Below are positions 39,411 to 52,479 of a stretch of DNA of 64,000 nt, one piece after another. Below the pieces are notes generated by a model that had not been told where the DNA came from, made no database searches, and saw nothing but the letters and a program-made list of their open reading frames with translations. Numbering within the stretch: the stretch's first letter is position 1; every line of letters starts with the position of its first letter. The position numbers were made by a program, and so were the translations under genes. The DNA comes from Eledone cirrhosa (lineage: Eukaryota): assembly GCA_964016885.1 (NCBI GenBank), contig OZ024742.1, positions 222,642,001 through 222,706,000 on the forward strand. Reading direction: 5' to 3'.

Positions 39411-40559
39411 TATTATTATCACCTGAAACCAAACCATTATTACCATTGATTTTACATCCATTTTTCCATGCTGGCATGGGTTGTACAGTATGTTTAGAGA
39501 TAACGTTTTTCAACCAGATGCCCTTCCTGACACAAACCCATTTAGTCACCTTTTGACATGCAGGGATATGATATACCAATTCTAAAGACCAGGATACACA
39601 GTTTATTTTAAATTGTTTATAGTTATCTTAAAACCTAACATCATAATTTTCTTTGAAAATCTTTTGCAAACACCAATTTAATAACGAGTAAGTTAATTTT
39701 ATTATTAAATCTCTCCAAATTCTTGATTATTTTAAAAATTATTTGAAAATCATATATCATCATGACAGTGTGTTTCATTAGAAATATAACTACAAAAATA
39801 AATTTAACATCAATACAACAAAAACACAAATCATGTGTATCTATCACTACTATTTACTTTATTTTATCAAACCCGTAAGGATGAAACGAATAGCTAACCC
39901 CAGCAGGATTTGTAGTCAGAACGTTAAAGGCCATAATTCTATGCCATGAAGCATGTTGTCTGACACTACCGATACTGCCAATCAACTATTAATAATAGTT
40001 AGTCACAAGACCTGGAACCACTAAACCATCAACCCCTTTCATGGAATCCTTGACATCCCTCCCCTAACCCCAGTCATGTACAAACATAAATAATTCAGTA
40101 AGCAGAATATAAAATGACATCATCATGTCTTTCCTGCTAGCAAGGGTTGGATGTGTCTTCACAGACTAAGTCAGTACTCAAGTAAAACTACTGACCTCTC
40201 AGACGTAGGGGGGTGGGGGTGGGGGTGGGGTCTACATATGCCCCTGCATTGCTCAGGCATGGGGAGGGGGAATACATCTCACATTCTTTTCTGCACTCTA
40301 GTGAGTGCTTTTTATCACGGTATCAGCACTAGGTAGCTTATCATGTCTTTGACACAACTGAAGAATACTCTCAACCCTGCAAAAGCAAGTTTATATTTCA
40401 TTGTATTATTTTATGTATTTCCATTTCTTGCCAGGTTTTGGCCCAAAAGTTCAATTGACCCTAAGTAGTCCTATTGATACCTGACGGTTAATATCAACCA
40501 CTGTACTTGACTATATGACGGACGACATAACTATGAAGCCTTATCAAAGTCAACAAGGG

Positions 40560-41075
40560 AGGATCTAGCAGACCTGAACCTCATCTATATTGGGAGCAAG
40601 CTCATGACAAGATTAGCAACCATGCTGGGTGGAAATCAGTCATGAGGATTTGGCTGGCCTGAACCTGGTTTGGTCTGAGTGGGAGCAGGTAAGGCTAGCA
40701 ACCATGCTAGATGGAGATCTCTCTTAAGGTCCCGAGAGACCTGGCTTGGCCTGGGTTGGAGCAGGCTCATGACAAGTGTAGCAACTATGCTGGGTGGAAA
40801 TTTCTTGAGGAATTGGCAGTCATGAGCCTCACCTGACTTGAGTGGGAGTGGGAGAAGGCTCATGACAAAACTAACAATTATGCTGGATGGAAATTTCTCT
40901 TGAGATTCAAGTAAACCTGAGTTAGGTCTGGCCTGGGTGGTCAGCAGACTCATTGGATGACTAGCAACCAAGCTGGGTGGAGAGCTCTCTTGAGGTCCTA
41001 GCAAACATGAACTAGTCTGGCTTGAGTGGGAGCAGGGTCATGACAAGGCTGGCAACCCTAGTGATTGGAGATCTT
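40560..41075. repeat. Minisatellite, about 6 degenerate units of ~85-90 bp
   Basis: gcaggctcatgacaag..tagcaaccatgctgggtggaaat recurs near 40595, 40685, 40760, 40853, 40943 and 41031. Confidence 0.8.
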
Positions 41076-42218
41076 TCATTGCCCATGTTTCATAGGAATA
41101 GGGGGAAGTAACTAATAATTCAAAAAGCCAAATATCTGATAGTAAAATACATTCAGCTATCACATACAGCAACATCTAATGTTTAGACAATAGACGTGTA
41201 ACCATTTTCTAGGTGTTGGCTTTATGAGATACTGCTCACTATAAATCAGTCTGTACTACTAAAACAATATTTAAACATCATATATAGTACATATTTATTG
41301 GTTAATAATTCAGGGAAGCAACCAGCTCCATGAAATCTTGATTGCGAGAGTATCAACACTCCCCTCCCCCACCCCTGAAATTGCCTCTAGTTCTATAACT
41401 TTATTTTAAGGTGTTTATACTCAACCACTTACATTATGAAACAAGATAGATTCTACCTGTAATTCAAAGGTCCAATCTTGTCACATATTGTGTAACTCTG
41501 ATTCTGTATGAGAATTACGTTATGGGTATATGTGTCTCTGTAATACTCAACCATTTAGATGTTAATTTAACAGGTAAAACATCCAGATAATCGAATAACT
41601 AAATGCTCAACATTGAAACCAACAAAGGATCCATCTACAGTAGTCCATGTGAAGTTACCCATGACTGGTTTGATACTTGAACAGTACAAAACAGCAACAT
41701 GCCTCACATTAAAAACTCATTTGTCCACTAGTTAAGATACTACAAATATATGTAGTATTCAGTTTAAAATAGGTACACCATATTCCTGCATGTCATAAGA
41801 AGCAACTACTAGGGCTGATGTCAGGAAGGTTCTAAAACATTGCATGACAAAGTCCCATCTAACCCAAGCTAGCATGGTAAAGTCGATGGAAAAACAATGA
41901 TGATAATTTGAATTAACAAACCACATGAAACTGCATTGTAAGACATTCTTAAAAAGTACAAAATAGCACTATGACTGCGTCACATTAAAAATTAGAGTCT
42001 TTACTGCAAATCTTCATAACAATCTGTCCACTAGTAAAGATATAAATATTTTTTTGTTAAATCATTACAGAATGTTATGATACTACACCACTCTCGATTC
42101 TATGATACAAAACTTTATTTTAAAGTCTTTATATTATTTTTTCCTACTAAATAATTACTGTATGTTAAAAATTAATTTAATGTAATCAAACCAAATTGTA
42201 AGAAAAAATGTTATCAAC

Positions 42219-42334
42219 CTTTTGTTCAGCGACAACTTTGTAGATGTCCAGCTCAAGCTGTTGTTGAGCTCGATAGCTCAGTACAACGGAGGCCCCATCT
42301 TTCCATTTATCAAGGGTTTCATTCACTGTGTCAC
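42219..42334 (-). CDS. Gene B exon 4 (CDTVNETLDKWKDGASVVL...IYKVVAEQK)
   Basis: tttgtttcag acceptor, AAG|gttgat donor; 116 nt, phase 1/0. Confidence 0.88.
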
Positions 42335-42434
42335 CTGAAACAAACAACATTTTAAAATCAGTGATACACAATCACAATGTGGTCCACAAAGTTCACGAGA
42401 TAAAACTTCATGGAACAGGGTAAAATATGAAAAA

Positions 42435-42667
42435 AAACTTGACCAGGAACCAGTATTAAAGTAATAATGATAATGACATCATATCTGCTGTTGATGACTT
42501 TTTAGACCAACAGGATGAATGTTTCTTCACTAATGGGATCCAAGCTTTACAATACCGATGGAAGAAGTGTGTAGACTCGAAGGGGTCTATGTTGAAAAAT
42601 AAACCTTGTTTGGTCACAATCCACGAGTATCTTGGTCCCCCTGTGAATTTTTCAGTCAACCTTCATA
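42435..42667 (+). mobile_element. mariner transposase C-terminus and right end
   Basis: AVDDFLDQQDECFFTNGIQALQYRWKKCVD..YVEK*, then a TIR-like end ttcagtcaaccttcata. Confidence 0.75.
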
Positions 42668-43613
42668 GTTTAACCCTTCTGATACCACTGTTTAAACCTA
42701 TCCCTGCTTCTATGATACAAAGCTGTTGTTTTTTTTTATCTAAAGACCATAATGAAAATGTTAGTTATTAGCCTTTCATTACAATAAATGGTAATGAAAG
42801 GGCTAAGTTGTTTATATCTATCTAAAAGCTTTCCATCATAATTTATGTAAGAACCTTGGTTATGTTCCAAACACCAACTTAATAATGAGAAAGTTAGTTA
42901 TATTACTAAATACTTCCAAATTCTTGATTAATTTCAAAATTATTTGAAAATTATAGGTAGTGTCTTTCATAATAAATCATCATCATCATCATCGTTTAAC
43001 GTCCATCTTCCATGCTTTTGAAATATGGTAATGAAAGGATAAAATTAAGAAAATCATATATTGTACAACAATAAGATACATATAAATGTTTTAATTGATT
43101 TAAAACAGACATTAAATGATGATGATAATAAAAATGATTGTCTTGCAAAAAATAAAAATAAATGACTTCCTTTGGATCACCAAAACTTAGGTATGGACCA
43201 TTGGTTGTCCATCTGAATCATATTGTGCATCAATAGTTTAAATCTTTCATGAACATATTTCTAATGATATTCACTCAATAGTTAGTTAATCAAAATTTTA
43301 GAGGGATTTGCTAACATTATTGTTTCATTACTAAATGACTTAACCTTCTGGACGCTACAGGTGCATTATGTCGCTGATAGAGTAATCTCCCCTTAATACA
43401 TTATGCAGTATCAAGGAAAGCAATTCATAAAAATTTATAGCGTGCTAAAAATTAACATATGGTTCTTATATAAAATTATGTTGGAATATTTTAATTTCTA
43501 TAGAAACATTGGACAGTTTTGTTTTATAATACCAGAGCCAGTTTTCGGCAAATTTGTATCAAATGGGTTAAAACATTTTTTTTTTTTGTTAAACAAAAAT
43601 AAAATTTACTTAC

Positions 43614-43826
43614 AGCCAGGATTGCCCAGACATTCTAACCAATATAGACTTTTTTCAACTGACTGCAAAGGTACTTCAGTGGGCTTGATAAGTGATCCAT
43701 CAACACCAAGAAACTGGGCGACAGCTTCATAGTTACGCAGGGGTGTACAGACAACATTTACACCACCCATTCGCCATAACCCTGCAACAGTCCGTTCCAG
43801 TCCAAGGATGTTGTTCACTTCAAATA
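43614..43826 (-). CDS. Gene B exon 3 (VFEVNNILGLERTVAGLWRMGG...LYWLECLGNPG)
   Basis: tttcag acceptor, gtaagt donor; 213 nt, phase 1/1, open. Confidence 0.9.
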
Positions 43827-44417
43827 CTGAAATTTAATAACATTGCAAATATGACAATTTAAATCAGAAAATCTTTAAAAATAATACTTTAAATTTTAAT
43901 ACAAATTAACAAAGGCATATGAGAGTGTGTGGCTGAGTGGTTAAAGTGCTGGGCTCACAATCATAAGGTGATGAGTTTGATTCCCTGACTGTGTAGCAAA
44001 ACACTATTTCATATCACACCAGTCTACTCAACTGACAAAAAATGAGCTGTGATGACACTGGTGCCAAGCTGCATCAGCCGTTGCTTTTACCTTGGACAAC
44101 ACCAGTGACATGGAGAAGGGAGACTGGCATGCATAGTTGACTGCTAGTCTTCCATAAAATACCCTGCCCAAGCATGCACCTGATAATAGAGTGAGGAAAC
44201 TGACATGAATGGACGACTACTAGTTGCATAAACCATAACCAGTCATAACTGAAGGGGGACCCTTATCTTTCCTAATGGATCCATTTTATAATGTTTAAGT
44301 ATAATAACCATATTGTATATGCCCACTGTAAGTGTCTTCAGCTGTGATATGATCACAGCTTAAAATACAGTGAGACTAAAGGTATGCTTATTATATGCTA
44401 TTGTATATAGGTCCATA

Positions 44418-44690
44418 CTGCAACAGTCTGTTCCAGTTCAAGGATGTTGTTCACTTCAAATACTGAAATTTAATAACATTGCAAATATGACAATTTAAAT
44501 CAGAAAATCTTTAAAAATAATACTTTAAACTTTAATACAAATTAACAAAGGCATATATAGATCACTGTGAGAGTGTGTGGCTTAGTGGTTAAAGTGCTGG
44601 GCTCACAATCATAAGGTGATGAGTTTGATTCCCTGACTGTAACAGGTTATTTCCTTGAGCAAAACATATCACACCAGTCTACTCAACTCT
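44418..44690 (-). repeat. Local duplication of the gene B exon 3 acceptor region (copy of ~43781-44032)
   Basis: Near-identical direct repeat covering the first 44 nt of the exon, the acceptor and the adjacent SINE head. Confidence 0.9.
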
Positions 44691-46020
44691 AATACAAATT
44701 TTCTTTCTTTGTTTTTACATCATTTTTACATGTTTTTCTATGCCAGTATGGATTAGACAGGCAGGTCACATCTTATCCCGGTTTCATGGGTGTTAAGCAA
44801 CAGGGAGTAAAAGTCGTTTCTTGGACAAGTCACTAACTCATTGCAGGACCCAGCTGTTGCTGCTGGTACAATATTTTCAGCTGAGTTAATGAAAGCAACA
44901 TGAAAATGAAGTGGCTTGCTTAAGGACACAATGTAACACCTGGTCCAGGGATCAAACCCAAAGCCTACAATCATACAGACCAACACAAAGCAAATGATCA
45001 GCAATTTCCGGAAAAAAGGGGAAGTTGATTATATCATCCCCAGTACTTGATTGGTACTTTATTTTATTGACCCCCAGAAGGAAAAAAGTCAAAGTTGAGC
45101 TCAGTGTAATTTGAACTTAGAATGTAAAGTGTCAACTAAGTACTAGGATATACTCAAATATAAGCTGCATATACTCAAATATAAGCTGACCCATATTTTA
45201 TGTCTGAGAAATGGGCAAAAATCCAAACTTTGTGTATAAGCCAAGGCAGCTAATCAACACATTATGTTTAGATGGTGTAGTTTTGAAATTTTCATGAGTG
45301 GAGAATATATTTATGAAGTTTTAATATTTTGATATTTAAAATGAAGTGTCGTTTAGAGTATGGTTTTTGTTTCAGAACTTCATTGCATAAAGATGACTTA
45401 CAAATTCCCAAACATTCATTTGAAACATACCAAAAACAATAGGAAAAACGAATTCCACGTCAAAAGTGAAACCAGTGTAATATTCACAACCAAAGCGAAA
45501 ATATTTTAGCACCCCATTTAAGTAGAATTTGTTGTCGCATATTTCTCGACTTATGATACAGTAATTGACTTTTCCCTCCCACTAAATTGCTGGCCTTGTG
45601 TCTAAATTTGAAACCATGTCAGACAAAACGCTTAGCTGTATTTGTGTCGGCTATTTACATTCTGTGTTCAAATCTTGCCTTTCATTCTTCCTGAGGTTGA
45701 GAAAAAGTACCAGTCAAGTACTGGGGTTGATGTAATCAACTTTCCCCTCCTCCAAAATTGCTGGCTTTGTGCTAATATTAGAAACAATTATTATTATCAC
45801 TCCATCTCTCCCTCCATCACCCATCAATCTGTCTATTCTCTACCAACAACTCCCTCAGCTAACCATAGCTCTATCTCCCCTCTCTATCATGGCACCTTCT
45901 ATCACTGGACATCATCTCTCTCCCTCCCCATATGGTTCAGTCAGCCTTGCCCCTCCCCTCTTCACACTTCTCTTGTCATCTACTCAATTCCCTACCAACA
46001 ACCAACATTTAGTCCCCCCT

Positions 46021-46057
<37 letters not shown>

Positions 46058-47445
46058 TGACCTTAGCCTCCACCACATCCTTACTTGAGCCGATTTTCGA
46101 GAAAGAAGGTACCTACCCCCACCCACTTTCTCCATTTGGCTAATGTCTGCCACAGAACAAGGCAAACCCTCTCTTAAAAAAAAAACAATAGTTGCTAATG
46201 TAACAGTAGGATAGAGAGGACTCTTCAGTTATGCTAGATATGTGATACACTCTCTAGTGCTGGTGTGCCAGAATGTGCCTCTGTACACTCTGTAAAGTGG
46301 TTGGCATTGGGAAGGACATCCAGCCATAGAAACTATGTAAAAAAAAGAGTACAGAGAATTCTTAATTCATATCAATGATAAGACAATCGCTCTAGTGCTG
46401 ATGCCATAAAATGCACCCATTATACTGTCAAGTATTTAGCATAAGGAAGGGCATCCAACTGTAGAAACCATGTTAAAAAAAAAATAGAGAGGATTCTTCA
46501 TTCCTATCAAGAACATGACAAAAATGAACCCAGTACATTCTGTAAAGTGGTTGGTGATAAGTTGTCCAGCCATAGAAACCATGCCAAAAGGGAACATATC
46601 TGAGCAAGACAATAGTCCTCTGACCCATCTAGAGGAAAGAAGTTCTGAGTAAGTGCTGACTTGCTCTGTAATGATCCATCTAACCCATGCTAGCATTGAA
46701 AAACAGATGTAAAATGATGATGACTGATCCTACAACCACCAGCTTAAACCAAGTATAAAATATAACCTTTTTTATATCAACCCATCTAAAACCACTTAGT
46801 TCTATGATATAAAGCTGTTTATACAAATATATTATTTTGCTCTCGTGGATGGGTTAGAAGACATGGTTTTACCCTTACCAAGGTCTCTATGGCGGGAAGC
46901 CCTTAATGCCAACCAGTAATAAAGAGGGTTATGTTGATGACAAGACCAAAGTGTCTATTCTATTCTTTTTTTCTGAACATTCATCATCATTTTATGTTGA
47001 GTTTCCGGCAAACCATCCAACCGGCTTTGGTTGGATGGTTTGTCAAGGTCTGAGAATAAGACTAGACAGAATGAGGGGTGGGGGGATGCCTTGCTCATAT
47101 GTTGCATTTTTCACATAATTTCTATAGCTGGACACTCTTCCTGATACCTACCATTTTACAAAGTTCATTTTATTACAGCACCAGCACTACCACTTTACAG
47201 AGTGTACTGGGTGCATTTTATCGTGACACAAGCACTACCCCATTACAGAAAGTACTCTGTGTATATTATCATGGTACAAACATTATCACATTACAGAGTA
47301 CTGTGTGCATTATATAATGGTACCCCCACTAAATATATATAATGCATCAGATAGAAATTGAACTCAGACTGCTTACATGACAGGTGAGCATTCTTTCATT
47401 GACCCATGCTGAAAATATTTTAAATGAAAGGAAAAAGATACATAC

Positions 47446-47473
47446 CAGCAAGCACTCGCCCTTCTCCAGAGAC
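47446..47473 (-). CDS. Gene B micro-exon 2 (28 nt, VSGEGRVLA)
   Basis: ttcttgtag acceptor, CTG|gtatgt donor. Phase 0/1 bridges exons 1 and 3, and the sequence parallels KVVAEQKFHL in the second domain. Confidence 0.85.
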
Positions 47474-49520
47474 CTACAAGAATTTAAAACAATATAATTG
47501 AAATAAAATGTTTTGTAATTTTTAAAACATGCACAGGCAGTCATCTTAAGAACAATGTATTACAACTAATCATTATTTTTATCAGTAGAGCGTCAGACAC
47601 CATGTTTTGCAGCATAGTTATGGACCTTCACATTCTGAGTTCAAATCCTGCTGAGGTTAGCTTTGCCTTTCATCCTTACGGGGTCGATAAAATAAAGCAC
47701 CAGTAATGCACAGGGGTAATTGTTGGCCTTGTGCCAAAAGTAGAAACAATTATTTTTACATCCCCAATACCATGCTGGTATGAGTTGAACAGGATGGTTT
47801 GATACAGCTGAATGCTCTTAGCACCGACCCTTTTAGTCACCTCTTATACACTGAGTATAACTGATCCAGGTAATGTTCTTTTTGTTAGTCTGGTCTTATT
47901 TTAACTTTTATAGTTCAATAGCTTAACATTTTTAACCTTTTTGCATTTACATTACTCTATATTTACTATTATATTTTCATGGTACCCCACATAATATCAA
48001 ATCTATGAGATTTTGATACTATTTATTTGAGAACAATACCTTAACATCTGTATAAGTGGCCGGTTACAGCTGGTTTAAACAGAAAGAGGTGAGAGAATTC
48101 TGGCCAGATACAGCTGGTTTAAATGCTAAAGGGTTGATGTAATTGTTTGGTTCATGATTCCAATACGTAGTGAATATTATATAATTATGGTGTGGACTAT
48201 AATTTAATGTTTTCTCTTTCTCTCTTTTCAGACACAGGTGTGCTTATTCTAAAAAAAAAAAAGGAGGGGGGGATACACACAGCATAACAGTAATAAAAAA
48301 TAAAAAGTGGGTGAGGACTTCTGGTTTTGACAATGAGTGTTCTAGTTGTTCATCCAACAGAACAGCCTATTTGTTAAATTAACATGTAAGTGGCAGAGTA
48401 TTATACAGATGAAATAAAAAGGAAAAAAAAAAAAAAATTTACAGCTCACACTTATGCAGGTTTAGCTTGGGTGTTTTAATAATAGGGAGCTTAGTCTTAT
48501 CATAAACAGCAGCATGAAATGAAGTGTCTTGCTCAAGAACACAATACACAACCAATTCAGAAATTTAATCCATGACCTTATGATTATTACTCCAACACTA
48601 ACCTCTGGCCATAGAACCTCATGCCCAGTATTTGACTGATATTTTATTTCATTAAACCTTTAGCATTTAAACTGGCCGTATCTGGCCAGAATTCTTTCAC
48701 CTCTTTCTTTTCAAATTGGCAGTAACCAGGTGCTCATACTGATGTTAAAGTATTGTTCTCTAAATAAATAATATCAAAATCTCATAGATCCAATATTACG
48801 TGAGATAATTATGTGAAGTAAAGCCTTTACCGTGAAAATGAAATAGTATATATAGAGTAATGTAAATGCTAATGCTAAAGGGGTTAACTCCAGAAGGACA
48901 AAAGGCAAAGTTGACTTCAGTGAGATTTAAACTTAGGTGAAGAGCCATAACTAAATACCACAAAACATTTTGTCTGACACCCTATTGATTCTGCTAATCC
49001 ACAACCCTCGTGTCACAATAACTAATTAAAAAAGTAAATAGATTTCTGGTTTCAACAAGTGTTCCAATTGTTCTTTCAATGAAACAGCATATTTGTTAAA
49101 TTAATGTGTAAGTGGCTGAGTATCCCATAGATACATAATTCTTAGTTTCTAGCTACCCAGCTTCACTTACAAGACATGAGCTGACCCAAGGCTATGGTAA
49201 AAAAACACACTTGAAGTGCCACACAGTAGGACTGAACCGAAAACCTTACGATTGTAAAGCAAACTTAACTATTCAGCCATGCAATCATAAGATAATATTA
49301 CCATAAATAATGGTTTCTAATTTAGGCACAAAGCCAGCAATTTGGTGGAAGGGAAAGTCAAATCGACAACCATCCACAAAGTTGAAAGGCAAAGTTGACC
49401 TCAGCAGGATTTGAATTCAAATGCTACAAAGCATTTTATATAATTAATAAGAGTTATAATTATATAATGAGAAATAAATGCCCGAATAGTTCCAAATATT
49501 GTAAATTTTTTTTAACAAAA

Positions 49521-49552
<32 letters not shown>

Positions 49553-49564
49553 AATGTATGTATA

Positions 49565-50820
49565 AAATCAAAAGGCCTTAAAATTAACCTGGCTAAGACT
49601 AAAGTTCTAGTTTGTAGGAAAGAAAATAAGGCGGCGGTCCCTTCCGGGAAATGGCCATGCTCAGTGTGTAGGAAAGGCGTAGGTAGAAACTCCATTTTAT
49701 GTCCCAAATGCAAAGTATGGGTGCATAAAAGATGTAGTGGGATCACAGGTAAGTTAACTAAGAACATAGATTTTACATGTGGCCGGTGCTCTGGTGCAAT
49801 AAGTAGCAGCAAGTGCCCACAGAATACTAGCTCTTTCAATTGCGCAGATGGTTCTATAGAAATAGTGGACAGCTTCCGTTACCTGGGTGACAAAATCAGC
49901 AGTGGGGGAGGGTGCTCTGAAAGTACTGTAGCTAGAGTCAGAACTGGTAGGAAAAAGTTCAGAGAGCTTATACCACTATTAGCCACTAAAGGGTTCTCCC
50001 TAAAAATGAAAGGCAGGTTGCATGATGCCTGCATACGAACAACAATGTTGCATGGCAGTGAGACCTGGGCATTGTGTGCAGAGGATATACGCAGACTAGA
50101 GAGGAACGAAGCTTGCATGCTCTGCTGGATGTGTAATAGTAATATACGTGAACGGCAAAGCATAAACGAACTAAGGAAAAAATTAGAAATAAGAGGGATC
50201 AGATGTTGTTTACTCGAGAGAAGGCTACATTGGTATGGTCACGTGATGCGCATGAAAGACGACAGCTGTATAACAAAGTGCAGGGCAATAAAGATAGACG
50301 GTAGCCACGGAGTAGACAGACCCAGAAAAACCTGGGACGAGCTGATAAATTCCGACCTCACACACTTACACCTCTCCAAGACAATGTCACTGGACCGAGA
50401 CCTTTGGCGGTACTCAGTAATAGAGAAGACCCGCCTTACCTAAATACATAGTAAAACCTACTAGTCAGTAGGCATCTCTAACAAAATACACCCCCGTCCC
50501 ACCCACACCGCCCCTTTCAATGTAAAGTTATGTTGGTGCCACAACATCCAGGCCGAAACAAATGAGATCGTGTAGGTGTCACGACAAAAAAAACACACAG
50601 TCCACGCTGTAATGTGGCCGTGTAGGTAACACAGTAAAAACCTCCCAGCCCCACACTGTAAATGTGGTTGGTGTTAGGAAGGGCATCCAGCTGTAGAAAA
50701 CCCGCCAGACAGTCCTATGCGAGCAATGACAACCACTCTTGCCTCAAGTGGGAAAACTCCCGTCCAAACCCATGCAAGCGTGGAACATGGACGTAAAATG
50801 ATGATGATGATGATGATGAT
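49565..50820 (+). mobile_element. RTE LINE 3' part, same subfamily as 16900-20365
   Basis: ORF 49664-50443 is nearly identical to 17252-18049; shared 3' UTR; (GAT)n tail. Confidence 0.9.
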
Positions 50821-52479
50821 GTATAGTATATTTGGCAATATACCGTGTTTATATATATATCTTAACCCTTGTATTTCTATATGAAAAAAACTGCCTAGAA
50901 TTTTCAAATAAAATAATGAAGAATTTAAAAGCATTTAGTAAAATAACTGGGTTTCTTACATAAAATTATGATGGAAGGTTTTTTAGATAAATATGAACAT
51001 TTTAAGACAGGCAGGTTCAGGCGGTTTGATATCAAAATGGTTAAAATCTATTTTGACTCTTGATATCAAATCATTCTTGATGCTATAATACAAAACTGTT
51101 TTAACCATTTAGCATTTACATTACTCTATATTTACTATTATATTTTCATGGTAAAGGCTTTACTGCACATAATATCAAATCTGAGATTTTGATATTATTT
51201 ATTTTGAGAACCATACCTTAACATCAGTATGAGCGACCAGTTACAGCTGGTTTAAACAGAAAGAGATGAGAGAATTCTGGCCAGATACAGCCAGTTTAAA
51301 TGCTAAAGGGTTAAAGTGTTTATCATCTTTAGCTCCTTTTGTTCCCTGTGTAGGACTAGACAATGAGAGATGTTCACCCTGCATGGTTGCAAACCTTGTT
51401 ACAGAGGTGTTCACAGGCCAGACCAAGGTCTGCCAGGTCTTCTTTCAATCTTCAAACAGGTCTTGTTTATATAAAAGCCGTTATAATTTTAAGTAAGAAT
51501 ACTTGCTATATTCCAAACACCAGCTGAATAATGTGAAAGTAGGTTATTCTTTTCAAAATTATTTGAAAGTCTTAGGCAATGTCATTAAAAATATTGTAAC
51601 AAAAGGGGTTAATAGAATTAGTGAAATTTTTTTTGTTCCTCTTAACCCTTTAGCATTTAAATCAGCCATATCCACCCAGAATTCTCTCACTTCTCTGTTC
51701 AAACCGCCACTCATACTGACATTAAGGTATTGTTCTCAAAATAAATAACATCATCAAAATCTTGTAGATTCGATATTATGTGAGATAATTATGTGAAATA
51801 AAGCCTTTACCATTAAAATATAATAGTAATGTAAATGCTAAAGGGTTAATCTGTTGCCTAACTTTGTAAAAGTGTCAATACTAGAAACAAAGCTGTTAAA
51901 TATAGAAGTAATTGATATCAATATCCTGGACACAGTATGGCTGAATGGTTAAGTTCACTTTGCAATCATTAGGTCCCAGATTTTATCCCACTGCATGGCA
52001 TCTTGAGTATAACCTTGGATTAATTTAACCCATGATTGTGAAATTTGCTAGACGGAAACTGTGTGGAAGCCTGCCATGTGTGTGTCTGTTTTATATCTCA
52101 TAACATAGCAGTTTCACAGAAACAGATTGATAAAATAAGTATCAGACTTGAAAAATAGAAGTACTGGGGTCAATATGATAAACTAAATCAAGCAAGTACC
52201 TAAGCATGGCTTCAGTCTAATAACTGAAACCAATAAAAGAATAGAGTAATTCAAACAATGTATTAAAAAAGTTGTTTACCACAGTATCCCTTAGACCAGA
52301 AGTTCCCAACATTTTCACTATCAAGGATGCTGTTTATTTAAATGAATTTTCCCATGGACAACAGACTTTTGAAAAGTCTGTCTACTCAAGAAACTCAAAC
52401 TGTTAAGACGAACTATGCATTACTGAACCTTAAAAGATCAGAGTTTTATACAAATGAGTATAATTAAATTCTTCTTTAA

